NCBI RefSeq assembly: GCF_963921235.1
Contig: NC_086097.1
Span: forward strand, 176,888,001 to 176,952,000
Length of the DNA stretch: 64,000 nt
Direction of reading: 5' to 3'
From: Mobula hypostoma
Lineage: Eukaryota
The translations under genes and the position numbers were made by a program. Under the pieces are notes generated by a model that was not told the origin of the DNA, made no database searches, and saw only the letters and a program-made list of their open reading frames with translations. Shown one piece after another: positions 35,726-48,714 of the stretch. Numbering within the stretch: the first letter of the stretch is position 1; each line of letters begins with the position of its first letter.

Positions 35726-38700
35726 ACCTGTGAATTTGTTAGAGACAACAGCAGGAATTTAAACCTGATCTTACAGCTGGCACTGTGAAGTATTACACTA
35801 ACTACTATGCTATCATGCCATCTACATTACACATCGTACTGTGAATAATAAAGACAGGCATGCTGCCGTAAGCCTCTTGACCTCCCCATCAACCTGTGCA
35901 GTCACTTTTGTAGAGCTACGTTTTAAAACCCCGAGATCCTTCTGTACATCAGCACTGTTAAGTATTCAACATTCAAAGATACAGCATACATTTATTATCA
36001 AAGTTTGTACAGAGAATACAACTCTGATATTCATTCTCTTACAGACAGCTATGAAACAGAGAAACACCATGGAACCCGTTCAAAGAAAACATCAAACACC
36101 CAATGCACAAAAAAAATGAGCAAATTGTGCAAACGGAAAAGAGCGAGCAAATAAGATGTGGAACGTTAAACATCAAACCAGGAGCCCCAGAGTATTCAGT
36201 TCAGTTCAGTTTCATGCTGCTAGCCAACTGCAGTCTGCAATGATCACCCTGATCAAACTGCTCAAAAACAGCAAAAGAAAGAGTAACCAGAATCCAGATA
36301 TATAGACAACATGAAACTTAAATTCCCCCAAAAGGAATCCAAGGCCTTGACTCTCACCGATCAATCCTTGCAACGTTGGACAGATTAGCTGTCCCTTTAC
36401 TTTTGATCTTACAAATTGCAACACCCTACTCTTGGCCAGATTAGCCCCAATCTGCCGATGACTACCTACAAAAAGATATTCATGTTTGACTGCTGCCCAG
36501 GCACCAGGGTTTGATTCTGAACTTGGATGCTAAATCTACACTCTCCTGATAATTATGTGGGTCACCCCCCTCTCCGACTACCCCTCTGCTCCAGATGCTC
36601 ATGGTAAGAAGGGATATTGACAGAATAACTTGCAGGGGCTCAGGAGAATAAAGGGAGAGGGAATGGGGTTAAACCAACTCAGAATCGGGTTTATATCACT
36701 GGCATGTCATGAAATTTGTTAACTTAGCAGCAACAGTACAATGTAATCCATGACAAATGTAGAAAGAAAATAAATAAATGAGTCACAGTTAGTATATATG
36801 CATATTAAATAGTTCAATTTTAAAATAGTAGTGCAAAAACAGCAATAAAAAAGTGAGGTAGTGTTCATGGGTTCAATGTCCATTTAGAAATTGGATGGCA
36901 GAGGGGAAGAAGCTGTTCCTGAATTTCTGAGTATATGCCTTCAGGCTTCTGTACCTCCTGTGATGGTAACAAGCATGTCCTGGGTGCTGGGAGTCCTTAA
37001 TAAAGGACGCCGCCTTTCTGAGGCACTGCACCTTGAAGATGTCTTGGATACTACGGAGGCTAGTACCCGTGATGGAGCTGATAGTTTTCTGTGTAATTTT
37101 ACAGCTCCAGTGATGTCAGTCCAACAGTAAGATGGAACTTAATTCTGATAAGTGACTGGGCACCTAGTGTCATAGAACAATACAGCACAGATACAGGTCC
37201 TTCAGCACAACCAGTCCATGCTGGCAACAGTCTCCATCCAGCTAATCTCAATTCCATGAGTTCATACCCCTCTAAATCCCTTCTTAAATGAGATTACTGT
37301 ACCTGACCTAATCACTTCCACTCCTCTGGCAGTTCATTCCATATATTCACCACCCTCTGTGTGATAAAGTTGCCCCTTGGATCTCTTTTAAATCTGACCC
37401 CTTTCACTTAAACATATGTTCCCCCTCCCACCTAGTTTTGGACTCCCCCACCCAGGAGAAAAGATTGTTACCATCCATCTTAACTATACATTTCATAATT
37501 TTAAACCCTTCTTTAAGGTCACCCCTCTTTCTCCTATGCTCCAAGGAATAAAAACCTAGCCTGGTGTACCTCTCCCTATAGTTCAGACCTTCTAGTCCTG
37601 GCATAAATCTTCTTTTCACTCCTTGCAGCCTAACCATGTGTTTTCTGTAATAGGGTGACCAGAAATGTATATGTTACTCCAAGTGCCTCCTCACTAATGA
37701 CTGGGCAATGAGGATGCTGGAATTTAGAGCAATAAGTGCAATCCACTGGTGGAACTCAGCAGGCTGAGAAGCATTTGTGGGAACAAAGGGATGCTCGACA
37801 TTTCAGTATGAGACCCTGTATTAGTACTGAAAGAGAGGAGAAGACAGCCAGTATAAAAAGAGTAGAGGAAGTGTGAGACCGTGGCTGACGGGTGATAGGT
37901 AGGTTATGAAGGGCTGAAAGATGATGGATGAGTATGAAATGGGAGGGGTGATGGTGGAGCTGGGTGAGGAGAATCAGATTGCAAGTGGGGAGAGTAGATG
38001 TTGATGATAAAATCAAGGGAGTGGATTGAAAGGCAGAAACATAAAGGCTGACAGAGTTAGAATCTGATAAGCAATCCCCATTCTAAATGGACATCCTTCT
38101 ATTCTGAAGCTGTGCTCTCTGGTACTAGACTCCCCCACTGTACAAAACATCCTCTCCACATTCATTCTATCTAGACCTTTCAACATTCAATATGTTTCAA
38201 TGAGATCCCCCCCCCCTCATTCTTCTGAATTCCAGTAAGTACCGGTCCTGAGCCATCAAATACTTCTCACGTTAACTCTTTCAATCTCAAAATCACTTTC
38301 ATGCACCTCCTCTGAACCCTATCCAATGACAGCACATTCTATTTTTCGTTAAAGGGCCTAAAACTGTTCACAATACACCACTTTCACTTTTTTTACTTCT
38401 TCTTTCAAATATGATTCATCTACTACTGGAAACTATGATCTACCTATTGATGGTGTGTTTTTGGGCAAAATGAGCAACCTGGCACTTTGCTGTCTCCGAG
38501 AGATTTCAATAAGGTTTCCAACAGAGTATGCAGTCTGGAGATGGGGCACGAGCCCATGATTGACTCCATTTCTCACAGATCTCACCGACTAAAGCCTCGA
38601 GGAAGATTGAAATCAATGAGGATGAGAGTGGAAGATGAGCAGGGGTCAGAGCCGTATGCCTGAGTGTGACCGGTTGGTCTCTCTCTCTCTGTCTCTCTCG

Positions 38701-39392
38701 CTTCCTCTCTCTCGCTGCTGCCAGAGGAGGGTTTTTGTGTGTGTCCGATCTCTCTCTTGCTCTCACTCGCTGCTGTGAGTAGATGGTGTGGGAGTATTGG
38801 GTCTTGGGCATAGTTTAATAAACACAGTTTGTGGATTGGACTCTACAGTTCATGTTATGATGTGTTTCTGCTTTCTGGTTGCCCCTTTCTTGTTGCTATT
38901 TGGTGTGATTTTGATCGGGGCGGGCTGGCTCTGCAGCCTGTAGTCAATGAACGTCACAGTGCTAGACGGAAGTGATTTGAGGGGAACCTAACATTCCTGG
39001 ACTGATTCAATGACTTCTGTGATTTGATTTTTTATATTCTGAGTTTTTTACCACTTGTTTTTTTTCTTGTGCATTGAGGGCTCGATGTTTTTCTTTGAAT
39101 GGTTTCTTTGTTTCCTGGCTGTCTGTGGTAAGACAAATCTCAGGGTTGTATACTGCATACATACTTTGAATCTTTGAATTTAAAAAGATATATATATGTA
39201 TGTACAGAAATGGGAAATGTTCAGAAGGATATGGGCCAACACAGGAAAATGGAAATAGCTTTGGTGGGCACCACAGATGAGTTGGGCCAAAGGGCCTGTT
39301 TCTGTGCTGTATGCCTGTACGACTGTGAGATTAAAGATTTACCATGGAATGTTGCAGGTATCATGAAGATTAGTGGTGTTACTGATTGTAAG

Positions 39393-39900
39393 TGTAACAT
39401 GCTGTAAGGTTTCACTGCTAATGTAATGGTTTCTCTGTAGCAGCAATGTTTGGGTTATGACTAGAGATAACGGGAGCTTTGGCATGTGTGCTGTCCAATG
39501 AGAGGCATGTTGAGAGAAGGGATTCATGGTCTTTTGTTGGCGAGAGATGAAGAGAGAAAATGTGAATGGAGAGAGTTTGTAGACTGCCAGACAGAGTGGA
39601 CTTGGAGGAGGTCGATGGGGAATGAATGGATGGAACCGTGAGCTCCAATGTGCACATTAGACTGTTTCATTAAAAATGAGCCCTTTATAAAATTTTCTTC
39701 ACTAACCCTATAGTCAGATTAAGATTTATAAAGTTCAATCGTTTAATTGCATATGGGGTACTGTCTGACATTTTGCGGTACGGATTTGTAACCAGGCAAC
39801 ACATCACACAGCACCCACACAAACGAGATTTCTCAGTTTGGCTGAGCCAGAGGCTGTCTTCCCCTAGACAAACTCATGCTGGCCGAACCCAAGGGTCACA
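39393..39900. mobile_element. Solo LTR (Gypsy/ERV-type)
   Basis: TGTAAC...GTCACA termini; 4-bp TSD TAAG at 39389-39392 and 39901-39904. Confidence 0.8.
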
Positions 39901-40561
39901 TAAGGAAAGTACTCAAAGGCTACAGTACAACGTTATTGAGCAAATACAATGGGTAAGACTATCTCAGATGGAATTTAACCCTGATAAGTGTGAGGTGATG
40001 CACTTTGGAAGAAATAATAATGTTCGAACATACACAGAGAATGATAGGAACAGCAGACCCTAAATGCGCAAGTCCAAGGAAGGTGAAGGCTGAGGTACAT
40101 GAGGTGATGATTCAGGTATTCACGATGCTTGCCTTCATGGACTCATTGAGTCATAAAGCACAGAATTACCCCATTCGGCCCAAACCATACACCCTGACCA
40201 GTGGGCACCATCAGATCTTTCAACATTTGGCCCATAGTCTTCACTACTTGATCGTTTAGATACCTCATAAACACTGCCGGTGACTCTGCTTCCAACTTCT
40301 GTAGATGTGTGATGGAGAGTATACCGACCAGTTACATCACAGCCTGGTATGGAAAATCCTACAAAAAGTAGTGGATATGGCTCAGTCCATCGCGGGTAAA
40401 GCCCTTCCCACCTTTAAGCACAACGACACAGAACACTGTTGCAGGAAAGCAGCATCTATCATCAAACAACAGGAATTCTGCAGATGCTGGAAATTCAAGC
40501 AACACACATCAAAGTTGCTGGTGAACGCAGCAGGCCAAGCAGCATCTGTAGGAAGAGGTGC

Positions 40562-40597
40562 AGTCGACGTTTCAGGCCGAGACCCTTCATCAGGACT
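40562..40597 (-). ncRNA. Minimal type I hammerhead ribozyme
   Basis: AGUC-CUGAUGA-AGGGUCUCGGCCU-GAAAC-GUC-GACU: complete core, stem I AGUC/GACU, palindromic ACGU stem III. Confidence 0.85.
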
Positions 40598-40896
40598 AAC
40601 TGAAGGAAGAGTGAGTAAGGGATTTGAAAGTTGGAGGGGGAGGGGGAGATCCAAAATGATAGGAGAAGACAAGAGGGGGAGGGATAGAGCCGAGAGCTGG
40701 ACAGGTGATAGGCAAAAGGGGATACGAGAGGATCATGGGACAGGAGGTCCGGGAAGAAAGACAAGGAGGTGGGGGGGGGACCCAGAGGATGGGCAAGAGG
40801 TATATTCAGAGGGACGGAGGGAGAAAAAGGAGAGTGAGAGAAAGAATGTGTGCATAAAAATGAGTAACAGATGGAGTACGAGGGGGAGGTGGGGCC

Positions 40897-43700
40897 TTAG
40901 TGGAAGTTAGAGAAGTCGATGTTCATGCCATCAGGTTGGAGGCTACCCAGACGGAATATAAGGTGTTGTTCCTGCAACCTGAGTGTGGCTTCATCTTTAC
41001 AGTTGAGGAGGCCATGGATAGACATGTCAGAATGGGAATGGGATGTGGAATTAAAACGTGTGGCCACTGGGAGATCCTGCTTTCTCTGGCGGACAGAGCG
41101 TAGATGTTCAGCAAAGCAGTCTCCCAGTCTGCGTCGGGTCTCGCCAATATATAAAAGGCCACATCGGGAGCACCGGATGCAGTATATCACCCCAGTCGAC
41201 TCACAGGTGAAGTGTTGCCTTACCTGGAAGGACTGTTTGGGGCCCTGAATGGAGGTAAGGGAGGAAGTGTAAGAGCATGTGTAGCACTTGTTCCGCTTAC
41301 ACGGATAAGTGCCAGGAGGGAGATCAGTGGGGAGGGATGGGGGGGATGAATGGACAAGGGAGTTGTGTAGGGAGCGATCCCTGCGGAATGCAGAGAGGGG
41401 GGGGAGGGAAAGATGTGCTTAGTGGTGGGATCCCATTGGAGGTGGCGGAAGTTACGGAGAATAATATGTTGGACCCGGAGGCTGGTGGGGTGGTAGGTGA
41501 GGACCAGGGGAACCCTATTCCTAGTGGGGTGGCGGGAGGATGGAGTGAGAGCAGATGTACGTGAAATGGGGGAGTTGCGTTTAAGAGCAGAGTTGATAGT
41601 GGAGGAAGGGAAGCCCCTTTCTTTAAAAAAGGAAGACATCTCCCTCGTCCTAGAATGAAAAGCCTCATCCTGAGAGCAGATGCGGCGGAGACGGAGGAAT
41701 TGCGAGAAGGGGATGGCATTTTTGCAAGAGACAGGGTGAGAAGAGGAATAGTCCAGATAGCTGTGAGAGTCAGTAGGCTTATAGTAGACATCAGTGGATA
41801 AGCTGTCTCCAGAGACAGAGACAGAAAGATCTAGAAAGGGGAGGGAGGGGTTGGAAATGGACCAGGTAAACTTGAGGGCAGGGTGATAGTTGGAGGCAAA
41901 GTTAATAAAGTCAACGAGTTCTGCATGCGTGCAGGAAGCAGCGCCAATGCAGTCGTCAATGTAGCGAAGGAAAAGTGGGGGACAGATACCAGAATAGGCA
42001 CGGAACATAGATTGTTCCACAAAGCCAACAAAAAGGCAGGCATAGCTAGGACCCATACGGGTGCCCATAGCTACACCTTTAGTTTGGAGGAAGTGGGAGG
42101 AGCCAAAGGAGAAATTATTAAGAGTAAGGACTAATTCCGCTAGACGGAGCAGAGTGGTGGTAGAGGGGAACTGATTAGGTCTGGAATCCAAAAAGAAGCG
42201 TAGAGCTTTGAGACCTTCCTGATGGGGGATGGAAGTATATAGGGACTGGACATCCATGGTGAAAATAAAGTGGTGGAGGCCAGGGAACTTAAAATCATCG
42301 AAAAGTTTAAGAGCGTGAGAAGTGTCACGAACATAGGTCGGAAGGGATTGAACAAGGGGTGATAAAACAGTGTCGAGGTATGCAGAAATGAGTTCGGTGG
42401 GGCAGGAGCAAGCTGAGACAATAGGTCTGCCAGGACAGGCAGGTTTGTGGATCTTGGGTAGGAGGTAGAAACGGGAAGTGCGGGGTGTGGGAACTAAAAG
42501 GTTGGTAGCAGTGGATGGGAGATCCCCTGAGCGGATAAAGTCAGTGATGGTGTGGGAGACAATGGCCTGGTGCTCCTTGGTGGGGTCACGATCGAGGGGT
42601 AAATAAGAGGAGGTATCCGCGAGTTGTCGCTGTGCCTCGGCAAGGTAGAGGTCAGTACGCCAGACTACAACAGCACCCCCCTTATCGGCGGGTTTAATAA
42701 TAAGGTTAGGATTAGTGCGGAAGGAGTGGAGAGCAGAGCGTCCCAAAGGAGTGAGGTTGGAATGGGGACAAGCTGCGGTGAAGTCGAGACGGTTGATGTC
42801 CCGTCGGCAATTAGCGATAAAGAGATCCAGAGCAGGCAGGAGACCAGAGCGGGGTGTCCATGAAGAAGAGGAGGGTTGAAGACGGGAGAAGGGGTCACCG
42901 GTGGGGGTGGAAGAGTCCGTGCCGAAGAAGTAGGCTCGGAGACGGAGACGGCGGAAGAAAAGTTCCGCATCATGGCGAACACGGAACTCGCTGAGGTGTG
43001 GGCGAAGGGGGACAAAGGTGAGGCCCTTACTGAGAACTGAGCGTTCTGCCTCCGACAGTTGAAGGTCGGAGGGGTTGGTAAAGACCGGGCACGGATGAGA
43101 GCTGGGATCAGAGGGGGGAGGGGGGAGGCTGGGGGTGTCAATGGAGAGGGGAGGGTTGGGGTGAGAGGAAGATGGAGCCTCTGAGGGCCCAGGAGTTGAT
43201 GGTGGGATCTGAGGAAGACGGGGCTGCGGAGTGGTGGTGGGGGAAGGGGAGACGGGAGTCACAACAGCAGCACATAAAGACCCGGCCTGGAGTTCAAGGC
43301 TGGAATCTTGAGAGCTGGGATCAGAGGGGGGAGGGGGGAGGCTGGGGGTGTCAGTGGAGAGCGGATGGTTGGGGTGAGAGGAAGATGGAGCCTCCGAGTA
43401 CCCAGGAGCTGACGGTGGGATCTGAAGGAGACGGGATTGCAGAGTATTGGTGGGGGAAGGGGAGACGGGAGTCACAATAGCAGCACATAAAGACCCGGCC
43501 TGGAGTTCAAGGCTGGCGTCACAGTTGGTGGTTGCGCAATCGCTGTGAAGGTGTCCATGCTCGTTGCTGGAGTCCGGGTTTTGAATATGTCCTGAGGTGT
43601 TGGAGCCGGCGAGATCAATGGCAGCGGCCGCAATCTGAAGTTCATGCCTGCTAGCGTCGGGGCCGGCAGGCTCTGGAGTCCGTAGATGTAGGATCTTGCG
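40897..43700 (-). CDS. PLE polyprotein (RT, Cys-rich linker, GIY-YIG) with one frame break at the C-run at ~41397-41404
   Basis: LSKGLTF, PADKG, LPKIHK..GRPIVS, DVQSLYTSI, GVAMG, RYIDD and YYKPT motifs; after a one-base shift it reads SAFRRDRSL..CKRNKCYTC..VIYCIRC..YIGET to the stop at 40897. Confidence 0.9.
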
Positions 43701-43969
43701 ATCTATCATCAAAGATCCCCACCACCTAGGCCATGCTTTCTTCTTGCTGCTGCCATTGGGAAGGTGGTACAGGAATCTCAAGACCCACACCACCAAGTTC
43801 AGGAACAGTTACTACCTCTCAAATGTCAGGTTGTTGAACCAGATGGGGTAACTTCACTCGACTTCACTTGCCCCATCACTGAACTGTTCCCACAGCCTGT
43901 GGACTCACTTTCAAGGACTTTTCATCTCATGTTTTCGATATTTGTTTTGTATTTGTACAGTTTCCTCCG

Positions 43970-45017
43970 GTGATAGTAGATGATATGTATTCTGCATGGA
44001 GGACAGTGACCAGTGGTGTTCCACAAGGATCTACTCTGGGAACCCTCCTCTTTGTGATTTTTCTAAATGACCTGGTTAGGAAGCAGAAGGGTGAGCTAGT
44101 AAGTTTGCTGATGACACAAAAGTTGGGGGTGTTGTGGATAGTCTGGATAGACAGAGGTTACAGTGGAACATTGATAGGATGTAGAACTGGGCTGAGAAGT
44201 GGCAGATAGAGCAATCCAGGTAAGTGTGAAGTGGTTCATTTTGGAAGGTTAAATTTGAAGGCAGAATATAATATTAATGGTAAGACTCTTGGCAGTGTGG
44301 AGGATCAGTGAGGTCTTGGGATCCGTGTCCATAGGACATTCAAAGCTGCTGCGCAGATTGACGCTGTTGTTAAGAAGGTGTATGGTGTGTTGGCTGTCAT
44401 CAACGATGGGATTGAGCTCAAGAGCCATGAGGTAATGTTACAGCTAAATAAGACCTTAGTTAGACCCCACTTGGAGTGCTGTGTTCAGTTCTGGTCATTT
44501 CACTACAAGAAGGATGTGGATACTATTGACAGAGTGCAAAGGAGATTTACAAGGGTGTTTCCTGGATTGGAGGGCATGCTTTATGAGAATAGGTTGAGTG
44601 AACTTGGCCTCTTCGCCTTGGAGCGACGGAGGGTGAGAAGTGACGTGATAGAGGCATATAAGATGATGAGAGGCATCGATTGTGTGGATAGTCAGAGGCT
44701 TTTTCCCAGGGCTGAAATGGCTAACACGAGAGGGCATAGTTTTAAGCTGCTTGGAAGTAGGTACAGAGGGGATGTCAGAGGTAAGTTTTTTTACGCAGAG
44801 AGTGGCGAGTGCATGGAATGTACTGTCAGTGACAGTGGTGGAGGTGGATACAACAGGGTCTTTTAAGAGACTCTTATATAAGTACATGGAGCTTGGAAAA
44901 ATAGAGGGCTATATGCTAGGGAAATTCCAGGCAGTTTCTTGAGTAGGTTACATGGTTGGCACAACATTGTAGGCTGAAGGGCTTGTAATGTGCTATAGAT
45001 TTCTATGATTCTATGAT
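43970..45017 (+). mobile_element. CR1 RT 3' fragment
   Basis: [11 protein letters not shown] and LVRPHLECCVQFWS motifs; (TTCTATGA)2 tail. Confidence 0.88.
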
Positions 45018-47300
45018 TTTGCACATTGGTTGTTTGCCTGTCCTGTTGGGTGTGGTCTCTCACTGATTGGATTGTGTTGCTTGTATCAACTGTATAAGCG
45101 CACAATAAAATGAATCCCGGGTTTGTACATGGTGACATATATATACTTTGATAATGAGCTTCAAACTTCAAGCTTTAAGCTCTCTCTCTAGCAGTGTATT
45201 CAAGGTACTCACCACTCTGAATGAAGGAGGTCCTCCATCTGATTTCATTTCTTCTGCCCAACCCCAAATCCATGTCCTCTAATTTTAGCTACCTTTGATA
45301 TGGGGAAAAGTTTCTTACTGTCTACTCTATCTAGAGTTCTCATAATCTCATATACCTTCACTATATCGTCTCTTAACCGCCTCTGCTCCAGGAAGAACAG
45401 ACCCAGCCTGTCTGATCTTTCCTCGTTATTAATGACTGCATAGAATCTGAAAACATGGACATCATAATAAGACATTAGTTAAGGCCACAGCTGGAGCTCT
45501 GGTCACCACACTGCAGGAGGAATGTGACTGCGCTGGAGAGGGTGCAGAAGAAATTCACCAGGATGAGGCCTGGAACAGAGAGGTTTAGATTTGATGAGAG
45601 GCTGGATAGGGTGGGTTTGTTTTCCTTGGATGGACAGACCTGAGAAGGGATTTTCATGAAGGTTACGAAGGGTGCAGATAGATTAGATCACGAGAAACTT
45701 TTCCCCGCAGCAGAGAAGTCTAAAACAAGGGAGCACAGGTTTAAGTTACGGGATGGAAGGTGTTGAATGGATTTGAGGAAAACCTCCCACCTAAAAAGTT
45801 ATTGGAATTAGAGACATTCTGCCCAAAGCTATGGTAGAGACAGAGGCTTTCACAAGATTTTTGAATTATATAGATAATCAGTAAGGCTATAGATCAAATG
45901 CTTGTAAATAGGATTCATACCAACTCATACCTTATGGTCAGTACAGATATGGGGGATCAAAGGGTTTATTTCAGTTGTGTGTATGTGTGTATCTGTATGT
46001 GTCTACATATGCTTCTCTGTATAGAGTCAAAAAACATTATACCACTGAAGCAGGCCTTTCAGTCCATTTAGCCTGTTCTGCCTTGTCCAATCTACCTGCT
46101 CTCAAAAATAACCCTCCATCCCACTCTCATTCATGTATCTATCCACACATCTCTTGAATATCACCTTTGAACCACATCCACCTTTTCTGCTGGCAGCTTG
46201 CTCCACACTGGCACCACCCTCTGAGAACTCTTAAGTGGTCTCCCTTCAGTTCCCCCTTAAATATTTCAACTTTCAGGGAGAACCACATACAAGGTAAAGT
46301 ATTCTGATGCATGAAGCCTGGACGGAATCCAAGAAAACAATGCATCAGCCACCTACTGTCTGAACAAAGGCACAATCCATCAGTAATGTGGTACTGGAAC
46401 TAAGGTTTGAATGTTGATCCAGAAGAGCCTCTCTTCTTTGCATGACTAAGTTTATAGTCTCAGGCTTCTATAGAAATTATCTGGAGGCATGTTTACCAAA
46501 ACTGCCCCCATTAATTCAGTGCCAGAACTGCAAGTAATTTGAATCCCAGCACTGCTATCAGACTTGGAATGGAACCATCAACCCAGAATAATTAGAGTCA
46601 ATCATTGAATTGTAGTGTTTTTTTCTCCCCTGACAAAGAAATCAGTCAGGTGTGCTTGTACTGAACTTCAGCGTTTTGTTCTTATTCTGGTCTGAGCTAG
46701 TCTGCTAGGATTTCAAAGGGAAAAAAACATAGAGATCTTTGTCTCTGCTACACAGTCCCCTCAATGCTCACACTGGAACAAGACTTAACTCTTTAGAAAT
46801 CGGAGCTCAAAAAACTCATCAGCACCAAAGGGACCTGTGTTGAGCTGTTCACCCCCAACCACCCGACTACCTAGCCAACCACCCTGCTTGCATTCTCTGT
46901 GAACTTCCCTTCTTTAAGAATTGTTGGCCTTCAAACCCAACTCGCCCACTCATTGTCCCTGTGTTCAGTGACTCACACTTGCCCCTGGTCTAGCAATTCT
47001 TTGAATTCGAAATTCCCATCCTTTTATATAGAACATAGAGTAGTACCGCACAGGAATGGGTTCTTCAGCCCACAATGTCTGCACTGAACATGATGCCAAA
47101 GTAAACTTAAACACTTCTGCCTGCACATGATCTAACCCCTCTACTCCCTGCATAGTAGTCTGTCCATCTAACAACCACTTAAACATCACTATTATATCTA
47201 CTTTCACCACCACCCTTGGCAGTACCTAACACTATTTATGTAAAAATCTTCCCCACATATCTTCCTTAAATTCCCCCCCCCCATACCCTAAATGCATATA

Positions 47301-48409
47301 CAGTGGATTCAGATTAATGGAGCAGCCTCAGAACGTACATTTTGGCCCAGTTTAGTAGCTGTCCCAATTAGCCAAAGTTTTATGGAAATAGTTAACAATG
47401 GTATAAAAAAGAAAAACTACCATTTAACTGAATAACATATCATGTATTTAAATGAAATAGAGACAAATTAGAACACATAAATGCTACTACAGTACCATGT
47501 AATAATTATCGATGGAGGAATTCATCCAGTGTACACTGCCATGCACAGGGTGTCCAGGGAGGGGTAGCACCTCTGCTGCAAGGGCTTGCTGTGTCTATCC
47601 TCACCTTTGCTCCCCACTGGACATTCAACTCTCACCTGTGGCTCCAAGTAGCTGTTTGCATGTGACAGCAGCGACAACCTGGTACCTCACTTCTACAGGC
47701 AGACTAAACCGGGTGAAGGTAGCCAGCAGGCCTCATACCCAGGTGAAATAGGGACTGCCTGTCCTAGCACGTGAAGTCAGCCCCAGCATACTGGGCAAAT
47801 GCGATCAACAGTGAGGTCCAACGGCCATGAAGGAGATTCAGCAACGCTTTGTGGAAAACGATGGACATGACAAGGCATAGAAGAAATCATGGATATCCAT
47901 TGCAACCAATAGACTGCTGTCATACAATGCTTTCCACGATTGCATCCTCCAAATCTTCATTTTCATTGCAACATTCAAGATGGTTGCTGATACCTTCAAA
48001 TACTTCATAGTTCCTAATTATATAGTATCGAAATAGTTTCTGCCATCTTCTAGCCAAAATGCTTGAAACTACAGTAAGCAAAATGGTTCTAAGTTGTCTT
48101 CCTGCTTTCTTCTTTCCGACTATCAGTGACAAAAGTCATTTTTTGAACACAATCACATGCAACTAGTACTATTTAAAAACTGCTTGCTTTTAGCATGGTG
48201 TAGTTTCTAACAGCCACACAAATTCACGCAACTGAAGCTAGCTGGAAATTGTTCGGCAACAGTCTCCTGTCCTAATTAAGCAGCATAATGTCCCAAATAA
48301 ATAAAGGGAATTCCAGTTATTTTCTTGATTATTTTTTGTTCTTTAAGAGTTGTCCCAAATAAATGGCTGCTTAGTTAACCAATGGACAAATTTACCAGAA
48401 TCCAACATG
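47301..48409. mobile_element. Tc1/mariner (Tigger/pogo-like) remnant with a nested RTE-like/SINE segment at ~47540-47915
   Basis: TA|CAGTGGATTC left end and degenerate GAATCCA right end; acidic ORF remnant at 47920-48132. Confidence 0.6.
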
Positions 48410-48714
48410 TTTATTCTAATATCTGACCCTGGGAAAAATATTCTGTCTACTCAATCTATGCGCCTCACAATTTTATAAACTTCTATCAGGTCCTCTCAGA
48501 TTCTGCCAATATTTGTAACTCATAACTAAGCTCTCCTTTTCCCCATCTCTGCAGACTCCTTCAGCTCTACAGCTCTCCATGAACTATGTGTTCATCCATT
48601 AAATATGACTGAGCACCCCCCATTCTAACCACTGGGAGAAGCGCGGATCTCTAATCTCTGAAATTCGCTCTCTAAGCAACCCCTGTAGGTCACTCCCTAG
48701 TCGAGCCATTGGCT

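Larger units (their letters stand above)
40467..43700 (-). mobile_element. Near-intact 5'-truncated Neptune-type Penelope-like element nested in a Rex1 fragment
   Basis: 13-bp TSD ATCTATCATCAAA at 40454-40466 and 43701-43713; RT, CxxxxCxxC linker, GIY-YIG and a 3' hammerhead. Confidence 0.95.

Noticed and set aside
43701..43796. Start of the 858-aa ORF as the true PLE start
   Set aside because: It lies outside the TSD in antisense Rex1 sequence; the element is 5'-truncated
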